Shown here piece by piece: positions 17,939 to 29,158 of a DNA stretch of 64,000 nt. How positions within the stretch are numbered: the first letter of the stretch is position 1; each line of letters begins with the position of its first letter. Both the position numbers and the translations under genes were made by a program. A model generated the notes under the pieces. The model was not told where the DNA came from, made no database searches, and saw only the letters and a list, made by a program, of their open reading frames with translations. The DNA comes from an uncultured Pelagibacteraceae bacterium. Its GTDB lineage: Bacteria > Pseudomonadota > Alphaproteobacteria > Pelagibacterales > Pelagibacteraceae. The stretch is from NCBI GenBank assembly GCA_902594635.1, contig CACJMX010000004.1, forward strand, positions 969-64,968, written 5' to 3'.

Positions 17939-19656
17939 TAAATCTCTGAATAATCCTTAACTTCTTTTTTCTTACCTGGGTGTGTTGGTGCGCCTAAAAA
18001 CGCTGGACCAACGGTTTGTGCATATTTCCATAAAGTACCAGATCCAAAATCAGATTTTCTTGCTCTCCATTTTCTTTTTCTTAAAGCTAATTCTTTTTTA
18101 GAAAGTCTGACATTGATAGTTCCTTTTTTGGCATCGATATCAATAATATCTCCATTACGTAAAAGGCCTATAGGACCTCCTAGGGCAGCTTCAGGGCCCA
18201 CATGACCCACACAGAAGCCTCTCGTAGCTCCAGAGAACCTTCCATCAGTTATAAGAGCTACTTTCTCCCCTTTTCCCTGTCCATAAATTGCACCTGTTGT
18301 AGATAACATTTCTCTCATACCAGGACCCCCTACTGGTCCTTCGTATCTAATTATAATTACATCACCATCATTGTACTTTTTGCTTTGAACTGCTTTCATT
18401 GCACTTTCTTCATTATCAAAACATCTTGCTTTTCCAGTAAATTGTAATTTAGCTAATCCAGCAACTTTTACTATCGCTCCATCTGGAGCTAAGTTACCTT
18501 TTAAACCAACAACCCCTCCAGTAGGTGATAATGGATCTTTATAAGATCTCATTACTTTTTGTTTAGGATTAAATTTAATATTTTTTAAATTTTCTTTCAT
18601 TGTTTTCCCTGTGACAGTCATACAATCACCGTGGATGTAGCCACCTTCATATAAAGTTTTTAATAACATTGGTACACCACCTGCCAACCACATATCTTTT
18701 GCAACATATTTTCCACCTGGTTTTAAATCAGCAAGATAAGGAGTTCTTTTAAAAATTTTAGCAACATCCATTAAGTCAAATTTTATTCCTGCTTCATTTG
18801 CAATTGCCGGTAAATGTAATCCAGCATTAGTAGAGCCACCTGTTGCAGCAACTATTGTTGCGGCATTTTCTAAAGCTTTTCTGGTTACAATATCTCTTGG
18901 CTTAATTTGTTTTTTTAAAAGTTGCATAACCATTTTGCCACTTTCTTTTGCATACTTATCTCTTTCTTCGTATGGAGCTGGAGTACCTGCTGAATATGGT
19001 AATGCTAATCCAATAGCCTCAGATACACAGGCCATAGTATTTGCAGTAAATTGGCCACCACAAGCACCAGCGCTTGGACAAGCAACTAATTCTAATTTTC
19101 TAAGTTCTGCAGATGACATTTTACCTGATGAATGTTTTCCAACTGCTTCAAATACATCAACAACCGTTACGTCTTTACCTTTATATCTTCCTGGCAGAAT
19201 TGAACCTCCATAAATAAACACACTTGGAACATTTAATCTGACCATCGACATCATTAATCCTGGCAAAGATTTATCACATCCTGCAATACCAACTAATGCA
19301 TCATAACAATGTCCTCTAACTGTTAACTCAGCTGAGTCAGCTATAACTTCTCTTGAGATCAAAGATGATTTCATTCCTTCATGACCCATGGCAATTCCAT
19401 CGGTAACAGTGATGGTACAAAATTCTCTAGGAGTTCCACCATTTGCTCTAACTCCCTTTTTGACAGATTGAGCCTGTCGCATTAAAGCAATGTTACAAGG
19501 CGCGGCCTCATTCCACGTTGAAACCACGCCAATAAAGGGTTTTGATACATCTTTTTCAGTTTCTCCCATTGCATAATAAAATGATCTGTGTGGAGCTCTA
19601 TCTGCTCCTAATGATGTATGTCTACTTGGAAGTTTCTTTTTGTTAAATTTTGCCAT
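17938..19656 (-). CDS. ilvD: Dihydroxy-acid dehydratase
   Basis: [39 protein letters not shown]. Confidence 0.93.
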   Translation of the reverse strand: MAKFNKKKLPSRHTSLGADRAPHRSFYYAMGETEKDVSKPFIGVVSTWNEAAPCNIALMRQAQSVKKGVRANGGTPREFCTITVTDGIAMGHEGMKSSLISREVIADSAELTVRGHCYDALVGIAGCDKSLPGLMMSMVRLNVPSVFIYGGSILPGRYKGKDVTVVDVFEAVGKHSSGKMSSAELRKLELVACPSAGACGGQFTANTMACVSEAIGLALPYSAGTPAPYEERDKYAKESGKMVMQLLKKQIKPRDIVTRKALENAATIVAATGGSTNAGLHLPAIANEAGIKFDLMDVAKIFKRTPYLADLKPGGKYVAKDMWLAGGVPMLLKTLYEGGYIHGDCMTVTGKTMKENLKNIKFNPKQKVMRSYKDPLSPTGGVVGLKGNLAPDGAIVKVAGLAKLQFTGKARCFDNEESAMKAVQSKKYNDGDVIIIRYEGPVGGPGMREMLSTTGAIYGQGKGEKVALITDGRFSGATRGFCVGHVGPEAALGGPIGLLRNGDIIDIDAKKGTINVRLSKKELALRKRKWRARKSDFGSGTLWKYAQTVGPAFLGAPTHPGKKKEVKDYSEI

Positions 19657-22283
19657 TATATACCCTTTATTGTTATTGATATCTTATCAACATCGTTCTT
19701 TAAATTATTATAATTAGTTTTTTCTTGTTCAACAATCTCTTTTGGTGCCTTATCTACAAAACTTTTATTTTCTAGTCTTTGAGATATCTTATGCATCTCT
19801 TGTTCTAATCGTTCTTGTTTACTAGTTAAATTTTCCTTTATTAATTTTAAATCAACATCTTTATCAAAATAGATCTTAAATAAATCCCCTGAAACAACCA
19901 TCGTAGCAGCCGGCTTATCTAAATCATCACTAAGGATATTATTTATACGACCTAATTTTTTAAGAATTATTTTATTTGAACTAATAAATTGCTTTTGATC
20001 TTTGTTTATATTGTTGATCGAAATATCTATAAATGAACCAGGACTTACATTTAGCTCATTTTTAAAGGATCTCAGCTCAGATATGATATTAATTATATTT
20101 TCTACCTGATCTGTGTGTGAATCTTTATTTGATTTTGCAGATATCCAATTTTTAAACATTAAATAATCATTACCCTTATTATCAAATTTATTTTTCAGCC
20201 AAATTTCTTCAGTAACAAAGGGAATAAATGGATGTAATAAAACTAGTATTTGTTTAAATACGTAAGCTGAAACTTTTTTAACCTCTTCTTTAGCGTCCTC
20301 ATCATCTGAAAAAAGAATTGTTTTAGAAAGCTCTAGATACCAGTCACAATAAGAATGCCAAGTAAATTGATAAGCATTTTTTGCGGCTTCATCAAATCGA
20401 TAATCTTCTAAGTTCTTAATGATTTTGTTAGTAGTTTCTGCTAACTCAGAATATATCCATTTATTAATATTAACTTTTAACTCTGGAATTTGATCTGTAT
20501 TTTTAAAATCACATTCATTGGTAATTAAAAAATTATTAGCATTCCATAGTTTATTTAAGAAATTTCTATAACCTTTAACTCTATCTTCAGAAAGTTTAAC
20601 ATCGGTTCCTGGTGACGCCATAGAAAGTAAAGTAAATCTTAAAGCATCTGCACTATATTTTTCAATTAGATCTAAGGGATCAATAACATTCCCTTTTGAT
20701 TTAGACATTTTTTGTCCTTTTTCATCTCTAACTAAAGCATGAACATAAATATCTTTAAAAGGTTCTTTGTTTAAAAATTCAGTTCCAAACATAATCATTC
20801 TTGCAACCCAAAAGAAAATAATATCAAAACCTGTTACTAATACTGAAGTTGGATAAAACTTATCAACAAACTTTTTATCATTAGGCCATCCAAGTGTTGC
20901 AAATGGCCAAAGACCAGACGAAAACCAAGTGTCTAAAACATCAGGATCTCTGTTTAGTTCAACATCTTTACCATAATGTTTGTTAGCTAATTGTTTTGCT
21001 TCATCTTCATCGTAAGCAACAAAAATTTTATTATCAGGACCATACCAAGCAGGTATTTGATGACCCCACCACAACTGTCTTGAAATACACCAGGGTTCTA
21101 TATTGTTCATCCATTGAAAATAAGTTTTGGACCAATTTTCTGGAAAGAAATTAGTTTTTTTTGAATTAACTACCTCTTTTGCTTTTACTGATAATTTTCC
21201 AGCATCAGCAAACCATTGCTCTGTTAAAAAAGGTTCAATTATCGAATTAGATCTATCTCCATAAGGAACTTTATTTTTAATATTTTCTTCCTTATCATAA
21301 AACTCTTTATCTTTTAATTCCTTTAAAATTCTTTTTCTTGCTTCAAACCTATCAAGACCAATATATTCTTTAGGAGCATTATCATTAATTTTGCCTGCTT
21401 CAGTAAAAATATTTATAATTTCAAGATTATTCCTTTGACCTACATCATAATCATTAAAGTCATGTGCTGGAGTTATTTTTAAAGCACCTGTTCCTTGTTC
21501 AGGATCTGCGTAATCATCTTCTATAATTTTTATTTTTCTTCCAACTATTGGGATTGTAACAGTTTTGCCAACATAAGATTTAAAACGATCATCTTTTGGA
21601 TTTACAGCTATTGCAGTGTCACCCAACATTGTTTCAGGTCTTGTAGTAGCAATTGTTATAAATTCATCCGTTCCATTAATTGGATATTTAATATAATAAA
21701 TTTTTGAATTTACTTCTCTTTGATCAACTTCTAAATCTGAAATGGCCGTTTTTAAAACTGTGTCCCAATTTACTAGTTTTTTATCCTTATAAATTAAACC
21801 TTTATTATATAAATCAACAAATACCTTTATTACAGATTTTGATAGATTTTCATCCATCGTAAAAGCATTTCTGGACCAATCACAAGAACATCCAAGTTTC
21901 TTTAATTGATTAATAATGATGTCACCGTATTGCTCTTTCCATTCCCAAACTTTTTCAATGAATTTTTCTCGACCAATTTCATTTTTATCAATTTTTTCTG
22001 CACTAAGTTTTTTTTCAACAAGAGCTTGAGTAGCAATTCCTGCGTGATCAGTTCCTGGTTGCCATAAAGTTTCATAGTTATTCATTCGATGATAACGAAC
22101 TAATAAATCTTGAATAGAATTATTCAAAGCATGCCCCATATGAAGACTACCAGTCACATTGGGTGGAGGTATTACTATAGAAAATTTTTTAGAATTTTCT
22201 TTAGGTTTAAATAGTCCATTTTTTTCCCAATAAGAATAAATTCTATCCTCAACATCAGAATGTATATATTTATCGTTACTCAT
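19656..22283 (-). CDS. valS: Valine--tRNA ligase
   Basis: [30 protein letters not shown]-terminal coiled coil. Confidence 0.97.
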   Translation of the reverse strand: MSNDKYIHSDVEDRIYSYWEKNGLFKPKENSKKFSIVIPPPNVTGSLHMGHALNNSIQDLLVRYHRMNNYETLWQPGTDHAGIATQALVEKKLSAEKIDKNEIGREKFIEKVWEWKEQYGDIIINQLKKLGCSCDWSRNAFTMDENLSKSVIKVFVDLYNKGLIYKDKKLVNWDTVLKTAISDLEVDQREVNSKIYYIKYPINGTDEFITIATTRPETMLGDTAIAVNPKDDRFKSYVGKTVTIPIVGRKIKIIEDDYADPEQGTGALKITPAHDFNDYDVGQRNNLEIINIFTEAGKINDNAPKEYIGLDRFEARKRILKELKDKEFYDKEENIKNKVPYGDRSNSIIEPFLTEQWFADAGKLSVKAKEVVNSKKTNFFPENWSKTYFQWMNNIEPWCISRQLWWGHQIPAWYGPDNKIFVAYDEDEAKQLANKHYGKDVELNRDPDVLDTWFSSGLWPFATLGWPNDKKFVDKFYPTSVLVTGFDIIFFWVARMIMFGTEFLNKEPFKDIYVHALVRDEKGQKMSKSKGNVIDPLDLIEKYSADALRFTLLSMASPGTDVKLSEDRVKGYRNFLNKLWNANNFLITNECDFKNTDQIPELKVNINKWIYSELAETTNKIIKNLEDYRFDEAAKNAYQFTWHSYCDWYLELSKTILFSDDEDAKEEVKKVSAYVFKQILVLLHPFIPFVTEEIWLKNKFDNKGNDYLMFKNWISAKSNKDSHTDQVENIINIISELRSFKNELNVSPGSFIDISINNINKDQKQFISSNKIILKKLGRINNILSDDLDKPAATMVVSGDLFKIYFDKDVDLKLIKENLTSKQERLEQEMHKISQRLENKSFVDKAPKEIVEQEKTNYNNLKNDVDKISITIKGI

Positions 22284-22407
22284 GGATTTAAAGTTTATAA
22301 TTTAATAATCTAAATTAACAATAATCAATTTAGATCGTTATTTAATAGACTAATGAAAAATATTTAATATAAAAAGGCATCTGTAGCTATAAGTCAAAAA
22401 ACAAGAC

Positions 22408-22481
22408 GGCAACGTGGCGGAATGGTTACGCAGAGGATTGCAAATCCTTGTATCCCGGTTCGATTCCGGGCGTTGCCTCCA
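22408..22481 (+). tRNA. tRNA-Cys (GCA)
   Basis: Cloverleaf GGCAACG...CGTTGCC-T-CCA, anticodon loop TTGCAAA, GGTTCGATT T-arm; 74 nt. Confidence 0.96.
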
Positions 22482-22530
22482 AAATAAATCTTGTTTTAGT
22501 TTTAAAAAAAAGTAAGTTGCTTTTTTACAT

Positions 22531-22606
22531 TCCTCGGTAGCTCAGTTGGTAGAGCAGTTGACTGTTAATCAATTGGTCGCAGGTTCGAGTCCTGCCCGAG
22601 GAGCCA
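22531..22606 (+). tRNA. tRNA-Asn (GTT)
   Basis: TCCTCGG...CCGAGGA-G-CCA, anticodon loop CTGTTAA, GGTTCGAGT; 76 nt. Confidence 0.97.
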
Positions 22607-22678
22607 AAAAAAATCTTTCACTAAAAAAATAAATAAAAAATTATAAAATTAATTTAAGGGTCTTAATAAAATTTTAAT

Positions 22679-23050
22679 TTAGCCAGTTTTTGAAATTCCA
22701 ACTGAAGAAATCTGTAAAGATTTATTAAATTTTAATTTTTGATCAGCTGTTAATTCTGAATATAATTTTGTTAAAAAATTATAATTCACATTCATATGAC
22801 CTTCTTGTGATTTTTCTAAATTAATTAGATACTCTGAAAAATCTTCAAAGAAATAATTGATTGGAACCTTTAAATAATTTGAAAGTTGTAATAGTCTTAT
22901 TGAACTTACCCCGTTAGTACCTTTTTCGTATTTTTGAATTTGTTGAAATGTAACGTTGATTGCTTTTGCTACTTTAGTTTGTGTCAAACCTAAAGCTAAT
23001 CTTCTTAGCTTAAGCTTATTGCCTAAGTGTTTGTTGAAATTATCTTCCAT
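22679..23050 (-). CDS. XRE-family HTH regulator (PraR/PhrR-like)
   Basis: RRLALGLTQ...TFQQIQKYEKGTN...PINYFF signature of the alphaproteobacterial PraR/PhrR group. Confidence 0.85.
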   Translation of the reverse strand: MEDNFNKHLGNKLKLRRLALGLTQTKVAKAINVTFQQIQKYEKGTNGVSSIRLLQLSNYLKVPINYFFEDFSEYLINLEKSQEGHMNVNYNFLTKLYSELTADQKLKFNKSLQISSVGISKTG

Positions 23051-23238
23051 TAAGACCCCTCTTAATTAAATTTTAAAGTCTTATTCAATAGAAAATTTAA
23101 ATTCTCTGCAATAGAAAAATTTTTATATTTCATTAGGTTTTTAGATAATTTTAAAACCTGTCAAGCATAAGTTAGCATTAAAAACTCAGAATAGGCCTAT
23201 GGAAATTGACCCTTATCTGACCTAAAAGTAAAAATTTG

Positions 23239-23973
23239 TTATAAGATTTGACTTAAAAATAGCTTAGTTCTCTCACTCTTTGGATTAGCAAAAAATTCTT
23301 TAGTATCAGCCTTTTCTACTATCTTTCCTTCATCCATAAAAATCATACTATCTGCCACTTCTTTAGCAAATCCCATTTCATGTGTAACAACAATCATTGT
23401 CATACCTTGATTAGCCAAATTTACCATAACATCTAGTACTTCTTTAATCATTTCAGGGTCAAGTGCTGATGTTGGTTCGTCAAATAACATTATTTTTGGC
23501 TCCATACATAAAGCTCTTGCAATAGCTACACGTTGTTGTTGTCCACCTGATAGTTGTCCTGGAAATTTTTGAGCTTGATCTAATATTTGTACTCTCTCTA
23601 AATGTTTTAAGGCTAATTCTTCTGCTTCTTTTTTAGGCAATTTTTTTACCCATATAGGCGCAAGCGTACAATTGTCTAATATAGATAAATGTGGAAATAA
23701 ATTGAATTGCTGAAATACCATACCAACTTCAGCTCTAACCTGCTCAATATTCTTAGTATCTTCTGAAATTTCTGTACCGTCAACAATTATATTACCTTCT
23801 TGATGTTCCTCTAATCGGTTAATGCATCTTATCAAAGTAGATTTTCCTGAACCGGAAGGCCCACATACAACTATTTTTTCTTTCGGCATCACCTCAAGAT
23901 TTATTCCACTTAAAACTTGAAAGTCTCCAAACCACTTGTTTACATCTTTGATTTGAATAATTGCTTCAGACAT
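23239..23973 (-). CDS. aapP: General L-amino acid ABC transporter ATPase
   Basis: [34 protein letters not shown]. Confidence 0.93.
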   Translation of the reverse strand: MSEAIIQIKDVNKWFGDFQVLSGINLEVMPKEKIVVCGPSGSGKSTLIRCINRLEEHQEGNIIVDGTEISEDTKNIEQVRAEVGMVFQQFNLFPHLSILDNCTLAPIWVKKLPKKEAEELALKHLERVQILDQAQKFPGQLSGGQQQRVAIARALCMEPKIMLFDEPTSALDPEMIKEVLDVMVNLANQGMTMIVVTHEMGFAKEVADSMIFMDEGKIVEKADTKEFFANPKSERTKLFLSQIL

Positions 23974-23976
23974 CTA

Positions 23977-25248
23977 CTACCTATCAGTTTTATATTTGAG
24001 TTCTAAATTATAGCTATATTTACTCATAGCATAACAAATAATCCAGAAAATTATCGCTGCGAAAACATAGCCCTCCATTGCATAACCTAACCATTTTGGA
24101 TTTGTCTTAGCCATTTGCAACATTCCAGCAAGTTCTGCCAAACCTACTACGAAAATCAAAGGAGTGTCTTTAACTAAAGCTAAAAATGTATTTGCCATTC
24201 CTGGTATTACTAATTTTAGTGCTTGAGGTAATATTACAAATATATGCATTTTCCAGTATCCCATACCTAAAGACTTTGCTGCATCGTATTGACCTCTTGG
24301 AAGAGCTTGAAGACCACCTCTAATAACTTCTGCAACATAAGCAGCCTCAAATAAAGAAATAGCAATTATCACTCTCACAAGTTTATCCATAAAAAAATCT
24401 TCAGGTAAAAACATTGGAAACATTACAGAAGACATAAATAAAACTGTAATTAGAGGGACTCCTCTCCAAAATTCTATAAAACCAACTGACACATATTTTA
24501 TGATTGGTAATTCAGTTCTTCTTCCCAAAGCAAGAGCCATTCCTAATGGAAAGCAAAAAATTAAGCTAAAAAAAGAAACTATAAATGTTAACGATAGTCC
24601 TCCCCATGCGCCTGTTTCAACCCACTCTAAACCAAATTCACCCCCAGATATTAAGTAATAAATTAATATAAATGCAATGATTGGATAAATGACAACGTAA
24701 TATAAAGTCAGAAGGTTTCTGTATTTTTGTGGAGTTATAAAACCAACAAAAGCTAAAACAACTAAAAAGATAAATGCTAAGTTTACTCTCCAAATTTGTT
24801 CATTCGGATACATTCCATACATAAATCTTTTAAACCAAACTTTTATGTAAGTCCAACAAGCGCCCGATCCTGTACATGCATCTTTCGTGTCACCTGAAAT
24901 ATTGGCATCTAAAATCATCCAACTCATTACAGGTGGTATTGCTTTAATAATTAAAAAAATAATTAGTAAAGTTAAAGCTGCATTAAAATTATTTGTATTA
25001 ATATTTTTATTTAACCTATCTAGATTTTTTATTCCTGAAAATTCAATCCTCATTAAATGAAGACCAAACATTCCTAATAGAAAAGGTAAAAGTAAACTTA
25101 TAATTGACGGTAAAAAAGAAGTAATATTTAACTTTAAAAATGAGTTAAGAAATACATCCAATAAAGAAATTCCAACCAAAAAAGATCCTAAATACAAATT
25201 ACTTTGTAGATTATCTTTTGAGGGATTTAATAAATTTAATGTGCTCAT
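23977..25248 (-). CDS. aapM: General L-amino acid ABC transporter permease
   Basis: GACW, WGGL, EFWRGVPL, AEVIRGGLQ. Confidence 0.92.
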   Translation of the reverse strand: MSTLNLLNPSKDNLQSNLYLGSFLVGISLLDVFLNSFLKLNITSFLPSIISLLLPFLLGMFGLHLMRIEFSGIKNLDRLNKNINTNNFNAALTLLIIFLIIKAIPPVMSWMILDANISGDTKDACTGSGACWTYIKVWFKRFMYGMYPNEQIWRVNLAFIFLVVLAFVGFITPQKYRNLLTLYYVVIYPIIAFILIYYLISGGEFGLEWVETGAWGGLSLTFIVSFFSLIFCFPLGMALALGRRTELPIIKYVSVGFIEFWRGVPLITVLFMSSVMFPMFLPEDFFMDKLVRVIIAISLFEAAYVAEVIRGGLQALPRGQYDAAKSLGMGYWKMHIFVILPQALKLVIPGMANTFLALVKDTPLIFVVGLAELAGMLQMAKTNPKWLGYAMEGYVFAAIIFWIICYAMSKYSYNLELKYKTDR

Positions 25249-26393
25249 TATTTTTCTACAATTGCAATTTTGGCGTTATACCAATTCATAAAAAATGAAA
25301 TTGACAAACTTAAAGTTAAATATGTAAGCATTGTAATTGAGACAATTTCAATTGCTTTTCCGGTTTGCATTAATGCTGTACCAGCAAAAACCAAAACTAA
25401 ATCAGGATATGCTATAGCAGCAGCTAATGATGAGTTTTTTGTTAAGTTTAAATATTGATTAGTTGTTGGTGGAATTATTATCCTTAGTGCTTGAGGCATA
25501 ATAATTAAATTTAAAACTTGTTTTCTATTTAAACCAATAGATGCGGCTGCTTCTCTCTGACCTTTTCCAACACCCTGGATACCTGCTCTTACACATTCCG
25601 CCACAAATGTTGCTGTATAAAGTGATAAAGCTATAACTAATGACAAAAGTTCAGGCGGTATGCTTAAACCACCTTCAAACTTAAATGATGTTTTTGCCAA
25701 CTGTTTAAGTTCTGGTGTTTCATACCCTACATTAACTCCACCAAACAAGAATGTTAGAAGTGGTAATACAAAAAGAATAGCTATTGAAATATTTAAAACG
25801 GGTAGGTGTTTACCTTGGTTTTCTCTTAGTTTTTTAGCATGAATTCTTACAAATACAATTGCAACAATTGCAGCAATAACTGAATAAATAAAAATATCTA
25901 GATTTTCCCAAATCAAAGATGGAGTGTAAAAACCTTTAATTGTTAAATATGATGAACCAAAAATAGCTTCTGCATCTTGAGGTAATGGTAATGCTCTCAA
26001 TGCTGCATAATACCAAAAGAAAATTTGTAAAAGGAGTGGAATGTTTCTAAAGAATTCAACATACCATGCTGCTGTAGTTCTAATTAAGTAATTTGGTGAA
26101 AGTCTTGCTATACCAATTATAACTCCGATAATAGTACATATAATAATTCCTAAAACTGAAACTAAAAGAGTGTTTAAAAGACCAACTAGATATGCTCTCC
26201 CATAGCTGTCTGAACCACTGTACTCGATTAATGAAAACTGAACATCAAATGAAGACTCCTGCGTAAGAAATCCATATCCAAAGTCTATCCCTCTATTTTC
26301 CATATTAAGCTGAGCATTCATGGTAAAAAAACCAAAGATAAGAACAACAACAAATAAGGTTACAAGTTGAGGAAGAATTTTTTTAAGCTTCAT
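25248..26393 (-). CDS. aapQ: General L-amino acid ABC transporter permease
   Basis: GLLNTL, RNIPLLLQ, AECVRAGI, NLTKNSSLA. Confidence 0.92.
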   Translation of the reverse strand: MKLKKILPQLVTLFVVVLIFGFFTMNAQLNMENRGIDFGYGFLTQESSFDVQFSLIEYSGSDSYGRAYLVGLLNTLLVSVLGIIICTIIGVIIGIARLSPNYLIRTTAAWYVEFFRNIPLLLQIFFWYYAALRALPLPQDAEAIFGSSYLTIKGFYTPSLIWENLDIFIYSVIAAIVAIVFVRIHAKKLRENQGKHLPVLNISIAILFVLPLLTFLFGGVNVGYETPELKQLAKTSFKFEGGLSIPPELLSLVIALSLYTATFVAECVRAGIQGVGKGQREAAASIGLNRKQVLNLIIMPQALRIIIPPTTNQYLNLTKNSSLAAAIAYPDLVLVFAGTALMQTGKAIEIVSITMLTYLTLSLSISFFMNWYNAKIAIVEK

Positions 26394-26416
26394 TAAAAGC
26401 GAATATATTTAATATT

Positions 26417-26449
26417 AAAAAAAAGGGCTAGATAAATCTAGCCCTTTTT
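26417..26449 (-). terminator. Intrinsic (bidirectional-type) hairpin between aapJ and aapQ
   Basis: AAAAGGGCTAGA-TAAA-TCTAGCCCTTTT perfect stem with A/T runs on both sides. Confidence 0.88.
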
Positions 26450-26469
26450 AAAATTGTTTTAATTCACAA

Positions 26470-27510
26470 TTATCTTGCAGGTGGAACGTATAAAATTCCA
26501 CCTTTAGTCCATAACTCGTTTGGACCCCTGTCTGGTAAAATTCCAGTGTCAGCTATATTTCTTTTATAACTTTCACCGTAATTACCAACCTGAGTGATAA
26601 TTCTGTAACTCCAGTCATTATCAAGACCGAATGCAGCACCTAATTCACCTTCAGAACCGACTAATCTTTTGATTGCTGGGTTGTCTGAAGTTTTCATCAT
26701 GTCAGCATTACCAGAAGTAATTCCATACTCCTCAGCTTCGATCATAGTATTCAAAGACCATCTTACGATATCTTCCCATACTGAATCACCTTGTCTAACA
26801 ACAGGGCCTAATGGCTCTTTTGAAATAGTTTCAGGCAATACGATATGCTCATCTGGATTAGACATTTTAGTTCTTTGTGCAGCTAAACCTGATTTGTCTG
26901 TAGTGTAAGTATCACATCTACCAGCATCATAAGCAGCTACGACTTCATCAGCTTTTTCAAAAGCTACTGGCTCATAAGAAATTCCTCTAGAATTAAAGAA
27001 GTCTCTCATGTTTAACTCAGTTGTTGTACCAATATTTGTACAAGCTGAGATACCATTTTTGAATTGGCTTGTTGAAGTAATACCAGAACTTTTTCTAACC
27101 ATGAAACCTTGACCATCGTAGAAGTTTACTCCAACGAAAGTAAGTCCGATATCAGCATCTCTAGAAAGAGTCCAAGTTGTGTTTCTTGATAAGATATCAA
27201 TCTCACCAGAAGTTAAAGCTGTAAATCTTTCTTTAGCACTTAGTGGTGTGTATTTTACTTTACTTGCATCACCTAGTACTGCAGCAGCTACCGCTCTACA
27301 TACATCAACGTCAACACCAGTCCAATTTCCTGCAGCGTCAGCATTAGAAAATCCTGGAAGACCTTGAGATACTCCACATCTTACAAAACCCTTTTTTTGA
27401 GTGTTTTTAAGTGTCTTAGATTTTTTAGCAGCCATAGTTTCTGTTGTAAAAGTAAACAACACAGCAACCATAGCGACTAAAGAAGTTAATTGTTTTAAGT
27501 ATTTAAACAT
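26470..27510 (-). CDS. aapJ: Amino acid-binding periplasmic protein (AapJ/BztA/YhdW)
   Basis: CGVSQGLPGFS, LSRNTTWT, FYDGQGF, ISKEPLGP, GNYGE. Confidence 0.94.
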   Translation of the reverse strand: MFKYLKQLTSLVAMVAVLFTFTTETMAAKKSKTLKNTQKKGFVRCGVSQGLPGFSNADAAGNWTGVDVDVCRAVAAAVLGDASKVKYTPLSAKERFTALTSGEIDILSRNTTWTLSRDADIGLTFVGVNFYDGQGFMVRKSSGITSTSQFKNGISACTNIGTTTELNMRDFFNSRGISYEPVAFEKADEVVAAYDAGRCDTYTTDKSGLAAQRTKMSNPDEHIVLPETISKEPLGPVVRQGDSVWEDIVRWSLNTMIEAEEYGITSGNADMMKTSDNPAIKRLVGSEGELGAAFGLDNDWSYRIITQVGNYGESYKRNIADTGILPDRGPNELWTKGGILYVPPAR

Positions 27511-27639
27511 TATTCTTCCTTTTGTTTTTATTTGTTAACAAATAATTCAAAATCACTTTTGAATATTCATAATTTAAGCACGTTAAATATTTACCATCAA
27601 GATAAATTTCTGGATAATTATGACCTAAAATGAACAAGA

Positions 27640-27716
27640 TGGCGCGCCCTGGAGGATTCGAACCTCCGACCCTCGGTTTAGAAAACCGATGCTCTATCCA
27701 GCTGAGCTAAGGGCGC
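27640..27716 (-). tRNA. tRNA-Arg (TCT)
   Basis: Minus strand GCGCCCT...AGGGCGC-G-CCA, anticodon loop TTTCTAA; 77 nt. Confidence 0.96.
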
Positions 27717-27747
27717 ACAGATATTATGATACTGTTATAATACTAAA

Positions 27748-29154
27748 TTAATATTTAAAAAGAAATTTTTTAGCTATCAATAACAAAGATAAAAATTCAA
27801 CCCTTCCTATAATCATAAAAAAAATAAGAAAATATTTAGTTAAAAAATGTAAGTTTTGAAAGTCAAAATCACTAATTCCATAAGCAGAAGAATTGACCGT
27901 ATTCATTAAGGTTAATACTGCCAATTTAAATGCATTTTCAAACTCAATATTACTCAATGATAATAAAATTGTTAATGAAAAAAGAGAAATAATAAATATT
28001 AAGACGGTTAAGAAATATTTATTAATATCAGCTGTATCAAAATTAATTTTAGAAAAAATAAGCTTATTCATAAATACTTTATTAGGTTTACTAAAAGAAA
28101 GAATTTGATTGATTGAATATTTAGAAAGAGAGTAAATTTTTAAAAACCTTAATCCTGAACTGGTTGAAAAAAAAGAACCACCAACTATTACTAATATTAA
28201 ATAGATTAAGTTTAAGTTTTTTTGTTCTACTTCTAAAGAAATGCCGATATTTGAAATACTACTAACTAAATTTAAGAAGTTAAATGAGAAATTTTTATCA
28301 TAACTAAAAAAAATAAAAAAAATACTTACCAATATTAAAAAATACAAAAATAAATGAATATCTTCATAAAAAAAATTAAGATTTTTTTTTCGTAAAAAAA
28401 TTAAGTTATAGGTAAAAAAAATACTAAAGAAAGAGATCAACATTAAAAGTGAGAAAACAATTATTTGAGTGTTTGTCAATAATATCGTTGAAAGCTCATT
28501 ATCGGGTAAAAAACCCCCAGAGGAAATAGCTGTCATTGCAAGATTAAGAGAGTTAAATATCCTGATACCAAATATATTTAAAACAATAAAAATAAAAAAT
28601 GTTAAGCTGGAATATAAAAGAAAAATTTTAATAGTTTGTTTTAAAATCTCAGAGCTACTGAAAGATAAAAAATTTGTTAATGATTTTTTTAAACTTTCAT
28701 CATAAATATCAATAAGAAAAATTATCGAGAATAAAAAGTATAATCCTCCAATCCATTGAATTGAAGATCTCCACAATATTAAGCCTTGGTCTATATGCTT
28801 GATATTGTCAAAAATAGTAAAACCAGTTGAAGTAAATCCTGATACTGCCTCAAAAATAGCGTTTAAAAAAGTTAAATTATAAATACTTAAATAAAATGGA
28901 ATACATAATACTAAAGGTAATAATATATAACCAAGTAGTACTGTTAAAATCTTCTCAAAAATTGATGGTTTTTTTAAACTTGATTTTAAGACATAAAAAA
29001 GAATTCCTATTAGTCCTGAAATTATTAAGCTTACGTAGTAAGTGTTTAGATTGAGATATAAGTTAAAATAATAAGAATAAATTATATTAAAAAAAGAAAA
29101 TACAGAGATAAGTATAAAAAAAAAACTTAAATATTTAACTCTGAATAATGACAT
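27748..29154 (-). CDS. trkH: Trk potassium uptake membrane protein
   Basis: FEAVSGFTSTG, WRSSIQWIGG, SSGGF, MIIGRVE; follows trkA. Confidence 0.85.
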   Translation of the reverse strand: MSLFRVKYLSFFFILISVFSFFNIIYSYYFNLYLNLNTYYVSLIISGLIGILFYVLKSSLKKPSIFEKILTVLLGYILLPLVLCIPFYLSIYNLTFLNAIFEAVSGFTSTGFTIFDNIKHIDQGLILWRSSIQWIGGLYFLFSIIFLIDIYDESLKKSLTNFLSFSSSEILKQTIKIFLLYSSLTFFIFIVLNIFGIRIFNSLNLAMTAISSGGFLPDNELSTILLTNTQIIVFSLLMLISFFSIFFTYNLIFLRKKNLNFFYEDIHLFLYFLILVSIFFIFFSYDKNFSFNFLNLVSSISNIGISLEVEQKNLNLIYLILVIVGGSFFSTSSGLRFLKIYSLSKYSINQILSFSKPNKVFMNKLIFSKINFDTADINKYFLTVLIFIISLFSLTILLSLSNIEFENAFKLAVLTLMNTVNSSAYGISDFDFQNLHFLTKYFLIFFMIIGRVEFLSLLLIAKKFLFKY

Positions 29155-29158
29155 TTAG

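Noticed and set aside
23062-23076. TTAA-N7-TTAA (CtrA-like site) upstream of the XRE gene
   Set aside because: An all-A/T motif expected frequently by chance in this genome
22408-23238. tRNA pair plus XRE regulator as a prophage or integrative-element remnant
   Set aside because: No integrase, no duplicated tRNA 3' end; the XRE protein belongs to a chromosomal PraR/PhrR-like family
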